This document shows positions 26,744 through 38,599 of a stretch of DNA of 64,000 nt, piece by piece. Where the stretch lies: contig OZ320319.1 in NCBI GenBank assembly GCA_976226885.1, positions 39,308,001-39,372,000 on the forward strand. Reading direction: 5' to 3'. Source of the DNA: Iphione sp. A-MEVVRFRX5 (taxonomy: Eukaryota). The notes beneath the pieces are model-generated. The model had not been told where the DNA came from. It did no database searches and worked only from the letters and a program-made list of their open reading frames with translations. The position numbers and the translations under genes are program-made. Numbering within the stretch: the first letter of the stretch is position 1; each line of letters opens with the position of its first letter.

Positions 26744-26939
26744 CTGGGTGAGGGTTGGCGGGTGACGTTAGGGATGATGGGGATGAGTCAGGCAATGTCA
26801 TCAGACGCTCGTGGTCGGCGAACACCTGGGACAAAGATTGGGTCCCTGGCCGTCTGGCAGGTACGTGCCACACCTGCGCCTGGCCCGGCAGGGGCTCCAC
26901 TCTTGACAGTCTTTTGAGTTCTCCCAGTTGTTTTCTCAT
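26744..26939 (-). CDS. Candidate coding exon (MRKQLGELKRLSRVEPLPGQAQVWHVPARRPGTQSLSQVFADHERLMTLPDSSPSSLTSPANPHP)
   Basis: Long minus-strand pyrimidine tract ending ATTTCAG|CCTAG|ATG, donor CAG|GTGGGT at 26743. Phase-1 end is compatible with exon 23205-23374. A plus-strand exon (26709-26860) is an alternative reading. Confidence 0.4.
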
Positions 26940-27559
26940 CTAGGCTGAAATAGGAGGAGCGAAGGGGAGACTCTATCCTAGTGAAAGAAACGGGCAGGTT
27001 GAACCTAAAAGAGAGAGGGAAAGAGTGAACGCGAGGCTTTTGGCAAGAATCCCTTGCAAGCAATACCTTTCAGGAGAGAGACAATGAAAGGTCCGTAAAA
27101 ATACAAATAATAAGCAATGAACCGACAAGTGAAACTTTATATGAAGGAATAGTTTCAAAGAAAAGGAAGAATGAGAAGATTAGCTTGAGAATCTGAGAAG
27201 AAGGGAAAGGTCAAGATATACCTGTTATACATATACGATTTATTTCTTAAACGACGTGGTGAAAAACATTTTAACAATGTAATATGCAGTCTTTCTGTAC
27301 CATGCTCCCAGCCACCAGTAGAAGTGGATTTGAAATACGAAACTAACGCATGCTAAGGAGCCAGCCACAGCCTGCAGCTACGCAACCAATATGTCTCACC
27401 TCGGCGTTTGAAACATTACCACAGATGCTAATGATACATCGCCAGAGTAAGGGGATCAGTCTCCTTTAACAAGGACGAGGCCCCAAACATGCAGGGGTCA
27501 CTTTTGGACCCACACCTTGTCTCATTGGCTCAGATCTGGTCACATGACTAGCACCTCCA

Positions 27560-27660
27560 TCAATCATACGTGACGTTGGCGTCTGCGCTACTTCCGGATC
27601 CGTTAAGGGGCCTTCGCCGGAAGGACTTCGCTAGGGCCGCCGCGCGTCGTCCGGACTTTG
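27560..27660. promoter_or_regulatory. Putative bidirectional CpG-rich promoter
   Basis: ETS-like ACTTCCGG (27590) and CCGGAAG (27617), TGACGT. Minus-strand acceptor tracts lie to the left and plus-strand acceptor tracts to the right. Confidence 0.35.
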
Positions 27661-28283
27661 ACATCATTGTCATTCCCCTTCCTCATAACGGTTAGCACCA
27701 GTAATGTAGCCATTAAAGTCGACCTGACACTAGACGGCCAGAACGCTACTGCGCACTCTGAGAAAAGCCAATTCTTGGAGAGATTTAGTCTCTAGGGGCG
27801 AGCAAATCCGTTTGCCGTAGCGCAGCGTTTGGTGCATAATACATAATAGTAGTTGATGCTTTTTCCTCAGTACATGAAGTGGGAATATCTTATCAGAGGA
27901 TTGGAAAAATACTTTTTGCACGCGCGGATTGGCGGTAATTGGACCGATATACACGATTACCTTGAAGCCTTCAATTACGACAAAGGAAAGTCGCTAAAGC
28001 AGTTAGTTTTCAGGAGGGCTTTTCCATAACTTGATTCTAGGAGAAACCATGGTCGGAAACACTGGCGTCAAAGATCCATGATCAGGTTGCTATGCCCAGA
28101 AATCAGTCTTGGGGAGTGTTCACTAAAGGAGGGGAGAGGGCGGTGGGGGCCGCAGTGTTACGTTGGCCTACCGTGTAAGCCGTTCTCTCTCTCTTTTATC
28201 TCTGGTGTTTGATCTTGTTCTATTGTTTCATTCCCGATATTAGGTTATCCTAAATACCTGGTCATAGTCGGGACAACGGGTAG

Positions 28284-29263
28284 ATGGATGGATGCGGCAA
28301 CTCAATTAGCTTTGTAATGGCCACGCTGAAAGGGGATTTGAGCTAGCGCTGAGCGACTTGAGTTGATCGCATCGGCTGCGCACAATGTTTGGTCTTCTTT
28401 ACTCAATGAATACCACTCTATCAGCTCATACATAGTCCTAACACTGTGGTCAAATACACCGCCAAAGAAACGTACGAGTTTTTTCCTGGTTGTAACCCTG
28501 CATATAAATTTGATTTTGCAAGTCCAGTAATGCCAGGATCGTCCTTATAGTATCTCCAATGCTTGGCTATTGTATACCTACGAGTCGTTCCCTCTCAGCG
28601 CCATGCCGGGGTTAATTATGGAGAACTGCTCACAGGTAGGTACAAATCATCCCCTGAGCAGCTCAGAACTAGGTACAAATTATCACCCCAGCAGCACAAA
28701 ACTCGAGACGAATCATCCCCTTTTCGATACTTTGATGCGCTTGTTGTATAAGTAAGAACCACGTTATCACATTAGCTAAGTACGTTCTCTTTACAAAGCA
28801 TGGCTTTTGTTCTTCATCAGAACGTACGCTCCTTCTATCAGCCTGTGATCTTCCATTTGGAGATCATCTAGCCAAAGAATAACGCGAACCTTAAGGGTTT
28901 GGCAGCAGTTTTCTGTCATCTGACACTCAGTGGTTAATGCGCACCAAATAGGCCCTTTCACTGATTGCAGTATGGATAAACAATGTGTTACAGCTGCTTG
29001 GGACCGATCTGTTGCAGTCCTTTGTGTTAATATAATAGACTCACCGTTGTTATAGGTCATCAACACAGCTCTTCTTCCGTTATGCAGAGGGAAATACCCT
29101 CACATCAAAAGAAAAAGAAGGTCTGCCGATATCTATCTACCTGGACCGTTGTGTTGAAGACGGTTCTAACACGGCTGGCCGTTTAAGTCCTTCTTGGATA
29201 TACTACAGTGAATGGTCTGAGGCCTACGCAAGGCAAATAAATGACTTCGACTTGGATGGTTGA
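28284..29263 (+). CDS. Candidate small spliced gene, ~114 aa (MDGCGNSISF/LIHSPNTVVKYTAKETYEFFPGCNPAYKFDFASP/RHAGVNYGELLT/EGNTLTSKEKEGLPISIYLDRCVEDGSNTAGRLSPSWIYYSEWSEAYARQINDFDLDG*)
   Basis: Exons 28284-28313, 28425-28526, 28599-28635 and 29088-29263 are GT-AG bounded with matching phases (0,0,1). Acceptors are strong; first exon and start codon are weak. Confidence 0.4.
28628..28726 (+). repeat. 33-bp tandem repeat, three diverged copies
   Basis: GCTCACAGGTAGGTACAAATCATCCCCTGAGCA / GCTCAGAACTAGGTACAAATTATCACCCCAGCA / GCACAAAACTCGAGACGAATCATCCCCTTTTCG. Confidence 0.85.
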
Positions 29264-32139
29264 AATAATTTTTCTCACTGAAATGTTGGATCTGTGTCAA
29301 TTTAATTTCTCAACGGAGAAATATGAAAAAAAGTGTTTTTTTATACTACATAATCAACGAAGTTATATATATTTAGCATATACAATGCAATTTAAACACG
29401 GTGAAGCCGTTTTATGATCACCAAGAGTTGGGATAAAGTCCCTCCTCGAGGTGAGGGTGATTAAAGCAGCATTCCCTTTCTCTAGATATCACAGCTGAAT
29501 GTTTTGATATACAAAGACAGACAAAGGCATATGTAGGCCATAGCAATTTACCCCTGCTTATAAGTAATGACCATAGTTATCTTATCTATATGTTTAGTTT
29601 CAGTACCAGTAAAGTAACTGTTAAAAACGGTAGCTTTGACTCAGTGAGTTGTGTACTAAATGCGGATCCGTGCACGTCGAGCCTTTCCTCCAATGAATAG
29701 GACTATGTGCTGTGAAGTACAGTGTAATTGGGTGTGTCGCGGTTTGAATGCAGTGGGACGTGACAGGCACCATGCATTTGATCAATCCAAATCTGAATTC
29801 CTGGTAAAATAGGTTAACCTTATGTCTGAAGGCATTCCCAGGCAAAAGCCTGAGAATGCCTACAGACATTCCCAGGCAAAGGGCAAATGATGCCATCAGG
29901 CATCATGGATCAGGCTATATTTTTAAGGATTTCTCTAGTTTTTGTGAATTTCTACAGAAAGGACACCCATTAAACTCACATATATCTCATTTTTTATCAT
30001 ATAAAGGTATCATACCCTTTCCACATCTTTTATGTAACAGGCATTGAATGGCATTATTAAATAACCCCCCGGCTTGCTCTCTAGGAGGTTGTTTATCTAT
30101 GGAATCTCGCCCTGTATTGACAGTATCTTATACCTGGTTCAGCCCTAAATGGGTTAACATATATATGCCAAAAGTTCTTTGATCTCAATAACTCGTCTTT
30201 ATCTCAAATAATTCGTAATGAATAGAATCTGAGCAATACAGATAACCTATGTTGCTTAAGCCGAAATATTTATTTTGGCCATTATTGCCAGGTAGGCTAT
30301 ATGTATTGGAAAATTTGGTCTACTTATACACAGACTTGTATATACATGTTCACTGTGTAATTGCAATATATTAAATGCAAAGTGAAGGGATGTATCTCTT
30401 TTTCTGTTCCTCTGGTACCACCTTTAATATCTTGAAGGTAATTGATTTTTTCCATTAATGTAGATGCTTGATGTTTCTGTTTGAATTAGGGAAATCAACA
30501 TTAAACGGACAGATCATTTAATGGGGACAGTAGCTGTAAAAGAAGCAGAAGCGCACTATTTCATAGTGTTTCATTGCATTCAATTCCAGGGGATCATATA
30601 TTGAAAATGGTGACTAAAATGCTACTTGATGTACGAGATTAATTCTGCAGTTCAGGGGTTGCGACGGTGAAAATATAGAAATTATCTCTGCATAGATGCC
30701 ACTTCTCTCGATCTAATTTTGTGTAGGTAGTTCTTAAGTCACTGGCATAGATTCTCCTATTGACCCTGTTGATATATGATATGAATACGAACGCATCCAG
30801 ATCTGTTAATCGTCAGCAGGACTGAGCATGTAAAATACTCATCCAAGAACTGTTAGTGACAGTGAGAGAGGCGCCCTGGCATCTGGGAGACAAATGCCTT
30901 TTCTCATTTGTGTTATTCATTGCACGCTGCTAAATTGCTCGAGGGTTGTTTCTGATAATGCTGGATTTCGTAATGGATTTATCAACTGTCGCATCGCAAG
31001 AAGAATTCAAGGTCTATTGCATTAATACTGTCAAGCTCTTAACGCGTGTCAAACAATCAAACCTCACCCAGCAATTAAACTGTCAGTTTGCTTCACTGGT
31101 GATTTCACGGCGGGGTTTTATTTGTGAAAGACGTGTTCATAACGTGGGCCTGAAGTCTCCAAAGAATATTTAATACCGACAAGAACGTGAAGGCTCGAAC
31201 TTGCATGGAGGCCGAGCGAAAAGGCGAAAGGGAAGGTTGGGGGGGGGCGAGATCATACTGCAATGGATGAGTCCTGAAAACATTGCATCCTAACTGTAAA
31301 GTTAACCGGTGAGCCATGGCTCGTCATTAGTCAGCTTGTCACAGATAGAGGCGTGCTTGCGGTGCTGGCGCCGCCGCCCCGTTTCTTTCTGTTCATACAT
31401 TTGGTTTAAAGACCTCATAAATGGAGACATATCCGCACCCGTGCTTTGGGGAAGGCCACGCTTGTCAGTCAGACTTCATATCAGTGTCCTCTCACGCAAG
31501 ATAACGCTATCACGTGATAGGCAGTGACTGGCCATCGTGTCTGTCTGTTTCCATGGGAATTTAATCCCCCGGCTGTCACTGGGGGCCTCGGGGAATCTGC
31601 CTAGAGATGGCCACTTGGGTTGGCCCTGGACCATCAGTCGCTCGGCCCTGACGCGCCTGCGCATATCGTTGCTCCCAAAATGCCGAAGCACAAACCCCCA
31701 GCGTTTATACTACTCACAATAATTATTTCTGCCGCGTAAGCGCTGCAGACTGGCATATAGGCTGTATATTAGCTCGAGGCGACGTAGTGTTGCTTGTGGA
31801 AGGATTATCTTGGTTGTCTGAATCCCTTTTGGTGAAGGATGAAATAATACATTGCTAGCTGCTGCGTGCAGACACATAAGTAAGCATGTACGTGTACATG
31901 TATATAAAAGGAATATCTCCAGCACGTTCGATTTATTGTTTGTCCGAAGCCACGCAATCTATAAGGAAAATTTAAGACGCCATGTCATTTTTTCATGCAA
32001 GGCAAGAAACACGCTTTGGTTGGAGGACAACGCTGTGTTTTATTTCCATTTTACGTCGTATAGTCGTTCATAATTCTTTACACTTTTACCCCCGCCTGCG
32101 GTAGATGTGAATCCCTGTCATGAGAACAAATGGACCCAC

Positions 32140-32350
32140 CTCTTCCATATCTGCGCCTCCCTGGGCGCGGTTTCCCGCTGTATCGTTGATGGCCTCGGTA
32201 AAGATGATCTAATAGGGTTTACAGGCCGCCCGTCGAGTCTTCTGCGGCAACCGACCGAGCCGACGGCCCGTCGGCGTCGGCAATGTAGCGGGCACCCGCC
32301 CCCTCCCACACCCTCAGTCCAACCCCCTCGGTCGATCCGCCAATCATTTG
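32140..32350 (-). promoter_or_regulatory. CpG-rich promoter-like region with candidate first exon ending ATG GAA GAG|GTGGGT
   Basis: CCAAT box (32339-32346), GC box GGGGCGGGT (~32294-32303), then a CpG-rich leader and a donor at 32139. Confidence 0.35.
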
Positions 32351-32489
32351 GCATAGATAGGGCCATCTCCCTCGCCGATGGAGAAAAGGGCATCCCCCTG
32401 GAACAGTGGGGTGAGCGCTGGTGAAGGATGGATGCAGCATCCACGGCTGAGATAAATGTGTATTTTTCTCGACAAGGGCATGGGGAGAA

Positions 32490-32645
32490 NNNNNNNNNNN
32501 NNNNNNNNNNNNNNNNNNNNNNNNNNNNNNNNNNNNNNNNNNNNNNNNNNNNNNNNNNNNNNNNNNNNNNNNNNNNNNNNNNNNNNNNNNNNNNNNNNNN
32601 NNNNNNNNNNNNNNNNNNNNNNNNNNNNNNNNNNNNNNNNNNNNN
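32490..32645. other. Assembly gap (156 N)
   Basis: Run of N. Confidence 1.
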
Positions 32646-33219
32646 GGTGACGCTGAGTGAAAAACTAAGAGAAAGTAATGCCTACCGGCCGAGACACTAA
32701 GAAGGAGACGCGGAAAGGGGACGTTGAAAGTGGAACTGATTTAAAGTGGTGACAAATACCAGTGGTTATGAATATACATTTGCGTTTAGTAATCTCTGGA
32801 GTGATTTTTTTATTTTACTGTGGCACATTATTAAAACATGCATTCATGAATTATGAGTAATATACCTGATGAATATATATGTATGTATCCTGCTCGATGT
32901 GGCAAGGTGTCTTCCCAATGATGCAGTGAAATCTAGTGAGCAAAAATTTATATATATATTATAGTTACACAATATTGATCTTTACGGCGGGCTGTTATTT
33001 TGACATGGTCTGCTGCGATGTGCATGCACAACTGATTCGTTGATATCAACAAATAGCCGTAACCATTTATCATGCACCAAGCTCAGATGATAGAAGGGCG
33101 TATTCTTAGGACACCGAAGTGGGTATATAAATATATTGATGCCTAAAAATAGCCTATTTTGAAAGTTGAAAGTTTGAACAGCTCCGAAACTTTCTTCCGC
33201 GGACCTGTTTATTTTGTAG

Positions 33220-33322
33220 ATGCGCAGCAGAAAGGGATGGAGCCAGAGGCTTCTGACCCGGAAATCCTTTGTAGTGGACCTCTGATGGCTCTCATATCAC
33301 AGAGGGAAATAATGGTTTTGGG
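33220..33322 (+). CDS. Candidate internal exon (DAQQKGMEPEASDPEILCSGPLMALISQREIMVL)
   Basis: Acceptor TTTATTTTGTAG, donor GG|GTAAAT, phase 1-2. Confidence 0.25.
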
Positions 33323-34540
33323 GTAAATCTATAAAGGACGAGGCTGTTGTGGCAGGTTATCTTCCATCCCCATACAGTGAGGTGGTTGCGAATAGAACGA
33401 ACTCACTGGCGGGGGGAGATTAGAAAAGATGGCGGTCTATGATAAATCAATGTCGAGGCTGTTCCCTAATTACGGGGGAGAAAAGGTGGAATGTTAGCTC
33501 AGCGGAACGGAAAGGCTTCAAAGCCTTGTTGATAGTTGTGGAGGAATCTCTATGGCAGATGTCTCCTCTAATTATCTTACATTAATTACTTTGTAATCAC
33601 TGCATATTGTTTGGCTTTCGGAGAATAGTTTGACCGTTCTGCAATATCACAGGAACGGAAAAATTGTCTTTTTGTATTTTTCTGCTTTCTACCACCATAA
33701 TAATAGAGGGCGACTCTTCAATGAATGTCTGCCTACAGTTGCACACTCGGTACGAATATGGATCTCAACTGTACTTCTAGACTAACAATGTAGTAGTGTC
33801 GTGTTCTTCCAGGAACTAGGTGTAGCTATGTCCGTTGGCCAGATGTCGATAAGGCGCTAGGTTTTAAAAGTCGAAATAGTTGAGCTACAATTTACAGTAT
33901 ATTAATTACAGAGCAATGTTTTTTCGTCTTCATCTTATTGTGGATTCTGAAGTAGTCCATCTTCGCTTGAAGTAATGAATGAATGGGCTGTTTAGAACTT
34001 TCCAGTTTATATTGAAATTTTTAAAAATCTTACAAAATCTACTTCGACTCATGGATGCAGGAAAACAAAACCCATATACAGTGTATTGACCAGTCCAGCT
34101 ACCCCTTGGGGGTAATTTGATCAGACTATGCCTAGAATGTAGAAAATGATTATACCAATTATGGAAAAATTATAACCCTGAAATATACCGTGGAAATTCA
34201 TCATGTGTCACTTAAAAACCCGAAATCCTGACGTTGTAATGAAATACTCCGATTTCTGTAGATAAGGCCTAACTACAATGTCGCTGTATAATACTGATAG
34301 AAGTGAATTTTACAAAGAGGCTGAAATGGCGGTTAAAGAAAGATAGAGACTTCACTTTGTTTCTTGGGTTGCGTTAGTGTCTCATAAATCCGGCAGTTAA
34401 GACCTTCAGTGTCCTTGGCTGCATTTCTTTACTAGTCGTGTCATTATCTAAATAGAATCAGATCACAGTGGATTACCATGATGCGGTACGCGCATTTAGG
34501 TGGAGGCGTTACTGCGGGCGTTTTTCACGTCAAGCCTGAC

Positions 34541-34795
34541 CTCGCTGGCAGACGACATTCGCGCAGGCTTTCCCGCCGAAATGGCCCATTGCAAGTCGGT
34601 GCACGTCGTGGTGTCCCTCCGCAACAGTCTGACGCGCATGCATCCTCGGAGGCTTATCCCACGATGGGAGGGGAGAAAACCAGCCGATGGAACGTTGAGA
34701 TAGGCCGGCGGAACGGCGCGGTCGGATGCCGATTGAATCGCGGAGGCGGAGCCCGCGATTGGGCCGCCAACTCGATCGTGGATGATCTCGGTCAT
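34541..34795 (-). CDS. Candidate first coding exon (MTEIIHDRVGGPIAGSASAIQ...ARMSSASE)
   Basis: 85 codons in a CpG island, donor GAG|GTCAGG, phase 0. Other frames are also open because of high GC. Confidence 0.25.
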
Positions 34796-35460
34796 TTAGC
34801 GCGACATGTCTTAAAACGGCGGCCGATGCTCTCTCCTGATCCACCAATTACGGACAGACAAAGAATCTATCAAGACAAAAGAGGCGCTGCGCGTGCGTGT
34901 CGGTTTAAACTGAACGGAACGACGAACCTGCTCGAGGCGACGGCCGGCCTCCGCTACCAGACCTCCCCCCTCCCTCCATTTTTTTGGCTTATCAGGGCAT
35001 TGTAGACTAGGCTGATTGAATTGGGTAAGGGCGGAGACTGGCTGGAACGAAGGCAGAGTCGGGAGGGGGCAGCAAGATACTCCATGGTCTGTCGTCTTTG
35101 TCGTCGACAGCAGAACTGGGCGGCCTGACCGCATTCCCTGTAACTCCCTGCCCCCCTTTCTTTGTGGCTCGGCACTGACGCTTGTGTCTGCCGACCGCTC
35201 TTGCAGCCTGAAAAGATAAGATAATTAACCGTGTCTTCATCAGGTTTTATCTCCAATCACAGAGAATGAGCTGATTGGGGTGTCGGAGGCAGAACGAGCC
35301 GGGATAGCGGGGAAGGAGTGGGAGGAGCCGCACGTCTTTTGATGACCAGTCTCTTCCAGAAAGGCAATCCGGCACGCATGGCGTTCGTGGCATACAAACC
35401 CGCGGACACACACACTGGTAGCTGGCTATTCATGCAATGTAACACACTTACAGGCTGGCC

Positions 35461-35530
35461 AACACATACTCACAGACAGACAGACACCCAAACACACACA
35501 AACGCACACACACACACACACACACACTCA
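35461..35530. repeat. (CA)n/(CAGA)n compound microsatellite
   Basis: Directly visible. Confidence 0.95.
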
Positions 35531-37017
35531 CCATAGACGTCGACGCTGCGCCGATTGCTGCGCGAGATAATCCCCACCAATCAGAACTGTGATTCATCAT
35601 GTTTTGCAATTGTTGAATCGCCATCGCAACGCCGCTCGATGGCGACTATCCTCCTTGATGGGGGTGGGGGGTGGGTTGAACTCTATTCCTTCAATTAACC
35701 AGCTTAAAGCAGCGTCCTGAAGACACCATCTAATTAATAGCTGGACGGAAGGTGCCTTAAACGGACAACATGGTGCAACTCATCTTCCCTGTGGCGATAA
35801 CGCGAAACATTCTGAGGGCTTGCTTACATGGAACTTGATATCCCGTCAACATTAAGATACACGAAGAAAGGTAGCAAAACCAAAGGCAAATTTGAAATAG
35901 CATCTGTCATTTTCACAAGTTTGTATATACTAAATTGAGCAAAATTATTGTCCCATCATGTGGATACATTATACGGTGGATAATTTTACTGCAAGAGTAT
36001 ATATAATGCCGCTGTATGTGAATACATTTACTTATTTATATGTAATGTATACATATACGAACTCTCTCTCATAGAATCACCATACAATGCAGACTCCTGC
36101 ATTTGCCGCCCCCCGCCCCCCAAATGAAAGCTAACGCCCTAAGGAAGAAAATGGTGTACGATATGTTTCCAGCTTTATTTATTCTGAAGATATCACAAAA
36201 TAATAATAGAATAAAAGTGCCATTACTTCAAAAATCAGGGTTGGTTGGATTATGGGAAAAACCGATATTTTTTATTTACAAGTAACGAGTGTCTTTTTGA
36301 AGAGCCAACCTGTGGGATGCCAGTTCAGTTTCTATTGAGAGTATGTGCTGCATGAATTATTAAACTGACGGGTCTCTGGTAGCATTTGACCAAAAGTCTA
36401 AAAAACACCTTGATGTTCTTCTATATAGCTATTACTTTTCATAAAGTTGAACATCGAAACAAAAACCAGTCCAACAAAGGTACTGTTTATCTTCTGTCTG
36501 CTGATAGTCACATATAAAGGATCCAGCACAATTACAAAGATATATGTTTTCACGCCATTTACGTAGTAAAGACATACACAAGAATGTACAACGTATATAT
36601 ACTTACACAAATAATATATTTGCATGTAAATTGTGGATAAATACATGTACAATTTACATATATAAGTATCCTATATATTCTACATCAAATGCAGGACTAA
36701 TTCTGGTAGAAAATGCATATTAGGATTTCTGTTAAACATCTCTTGTTTATAGAAAAGCTTTAAGCGATTAATTGGATGTAATAATATGAGTTTTTAAAGC
36801 AAAAGTGTCAACAGTTGTGACAGGCAAGGGACTCACCCGTGTTTATGTGTGCATATGTTGACAGAAATTACTTTCTCAACTTTGACAATTTGAAGGACAT
36901 CTTCCTAAACTTTATGTCGTCTGAAGAACAGACCAAATGTTGTAGCGGACAGAGAGTCAGAACAACTCTCTCAATTTTGCATTTTTTCTTTGTATTGCAT
37001 GCCTCAATATTCATCAG

Positions 37018-37109
37018 TGGTCATAATATCAGCAGCAGTCGCGAGAGAAAATCATCATCATCAGATTCGAACAGTGAATACAAAGCTTTCATTAAGAAAA
37101 TTCTTCAAA
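37018..37109 (+). CDS. Candidate exon (GHNISSSRERKSSSSDSNSEYKAFIKKILQ) within a 146-codon AT-rich ORF
   Basis: T-rich acceptor ending TCATCAG, donor AAA|GTAAGC, phase 2-1. Could be a host exon or a TE relic. Confidence 0.3.
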
Positions 37110-37849
37110 GTAAGCATTATGCTACATATTGTATAACATTGACAAGTCCGTGTCGCTTGCTGCGAAAATACTCCAGCTCGATTGTTATTTACCTTATTAC
37201 ACCCACCGGAAAATTTCACTCCTTAGTTCAAGATCAAATAGTAACAATACCCCAAAAACACCTGAAAAGAAATGAATAATGGAAAGTGAGTATGATAATT
37301 AATGTCATGGATATCCCCAGAACACAGATGAATTTGAAACCAGCGCCAAGGAAAATTCAATGAAACGGAATGAATTTGATGCTAAAGTCATGAAAACTTG
37401 TGGAAAATGATGAGAACAAGCTCAGAAAAGGACACATTTTTACATAAATGTGCACAAATGTGTGTAAACGATGGTGAAATGTGAGGAAATGGGCTTGTGT
37501 TACTTTGCATTTGTGAGTGAAATTATTGGACAATGTTTAATAATAAGCAGTGGTTACCTAACGCACCTCAACATAACTGTAGGTACGGAAACCCTTCCAT
37601 TGGGCTCAACCTGTTCTTTAAAAATGCACTTAAACACACAGAAAGGTACACAAATGGGAAATGTAAGTAAGGAAACTGGGCCATACCACTCCATCAAAAT
37701 GCCATATTTTCCTCTGTCCTACTCTTTCCACCCCCACCTCAATATCTCCCCCATACAGTTGATTGATATGTCTATCAGGATATCACGCTAAAATATAGTT
37801 ATATTCAAACTAAGATGTCGTCGGCTCATTTTCTCGGCTACATGAAATA

Positions 37850-37953
37850 AATTATTGTTATGCATAGCATTGAGATGTCAACTCGGCAATGGTCGAAGCA
37901 AACATTCTGTGGGGTCACAACATTTATGCTCAATAAAATTGAATTGAATTGAA
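37850..37953 (+). mobile_element. LINE/SINE 3' end with (ATTGA)n tail
   Basis: GCTCAATAAAATTGAATTGAATTGAA. Confidence 0.5.
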
Positions 37954-38599
37954 TATATCATTTCAATTCATGTATTCTGTAAAGCGGTATAAGAGACCCG
38001 GCCCATAGATAAAACGATTTATATACAATTTGAGAACGCTATGATGTATAGCTGAACATGTACTTAATATTGCGGCCATCTGTCATAGTAGTTTAACCGG
38101 TTAGTTCACATTACAAATATATAAAAAGAAATACACAAACAAGCCAAAACGGTAAAGTTTTCATTACACACGTGCCACTATAACCGCTTTCTTTGGGGGG
38201 GAACCGGAGTATTTTAATCGTGACACAAAAAATCTGTACTTACTTTAGGCTGTAATAAGAACTCAAATTACTCTTGTACATACTCCTTTTTGTTGCAAAC
38301 ATGAATACGTCCGGAATGATACTTCAGACCAACTTTTAACAAAAATAGACACAACCAGGACCAGGAACTACATAAACATAAACCGATGAATTTTTCGGAA
38401 ACATTCAGAAGCTTGTGTCGAAAACCTCTGCACTTCTAATAGCAATCATTTTAACCTATTCAGCACGTTACACATGTTCGAGACGTTTCCGAACCGACGC
38501 TCATATATTTCCTTACAAATTCAACTTTAAGTAACCTTAGATATTACAAACATAACCTCACAAAAAAGAAAAAGACTTTTGTGTGTTTTAACAAACATG

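Noticed and set aside
28628-28726. CRISPR-like array
   Set aside because: The units are contiguous with no unique spacers, no cas genes are present, and the context is eukaryotic.
34478-35005. 175-aa plus-strand ORF
   Set aside because: Lies in a GC-rich island where several frames on both strands are open; Arg/Gly-rich composition is typical of a shadow frame.
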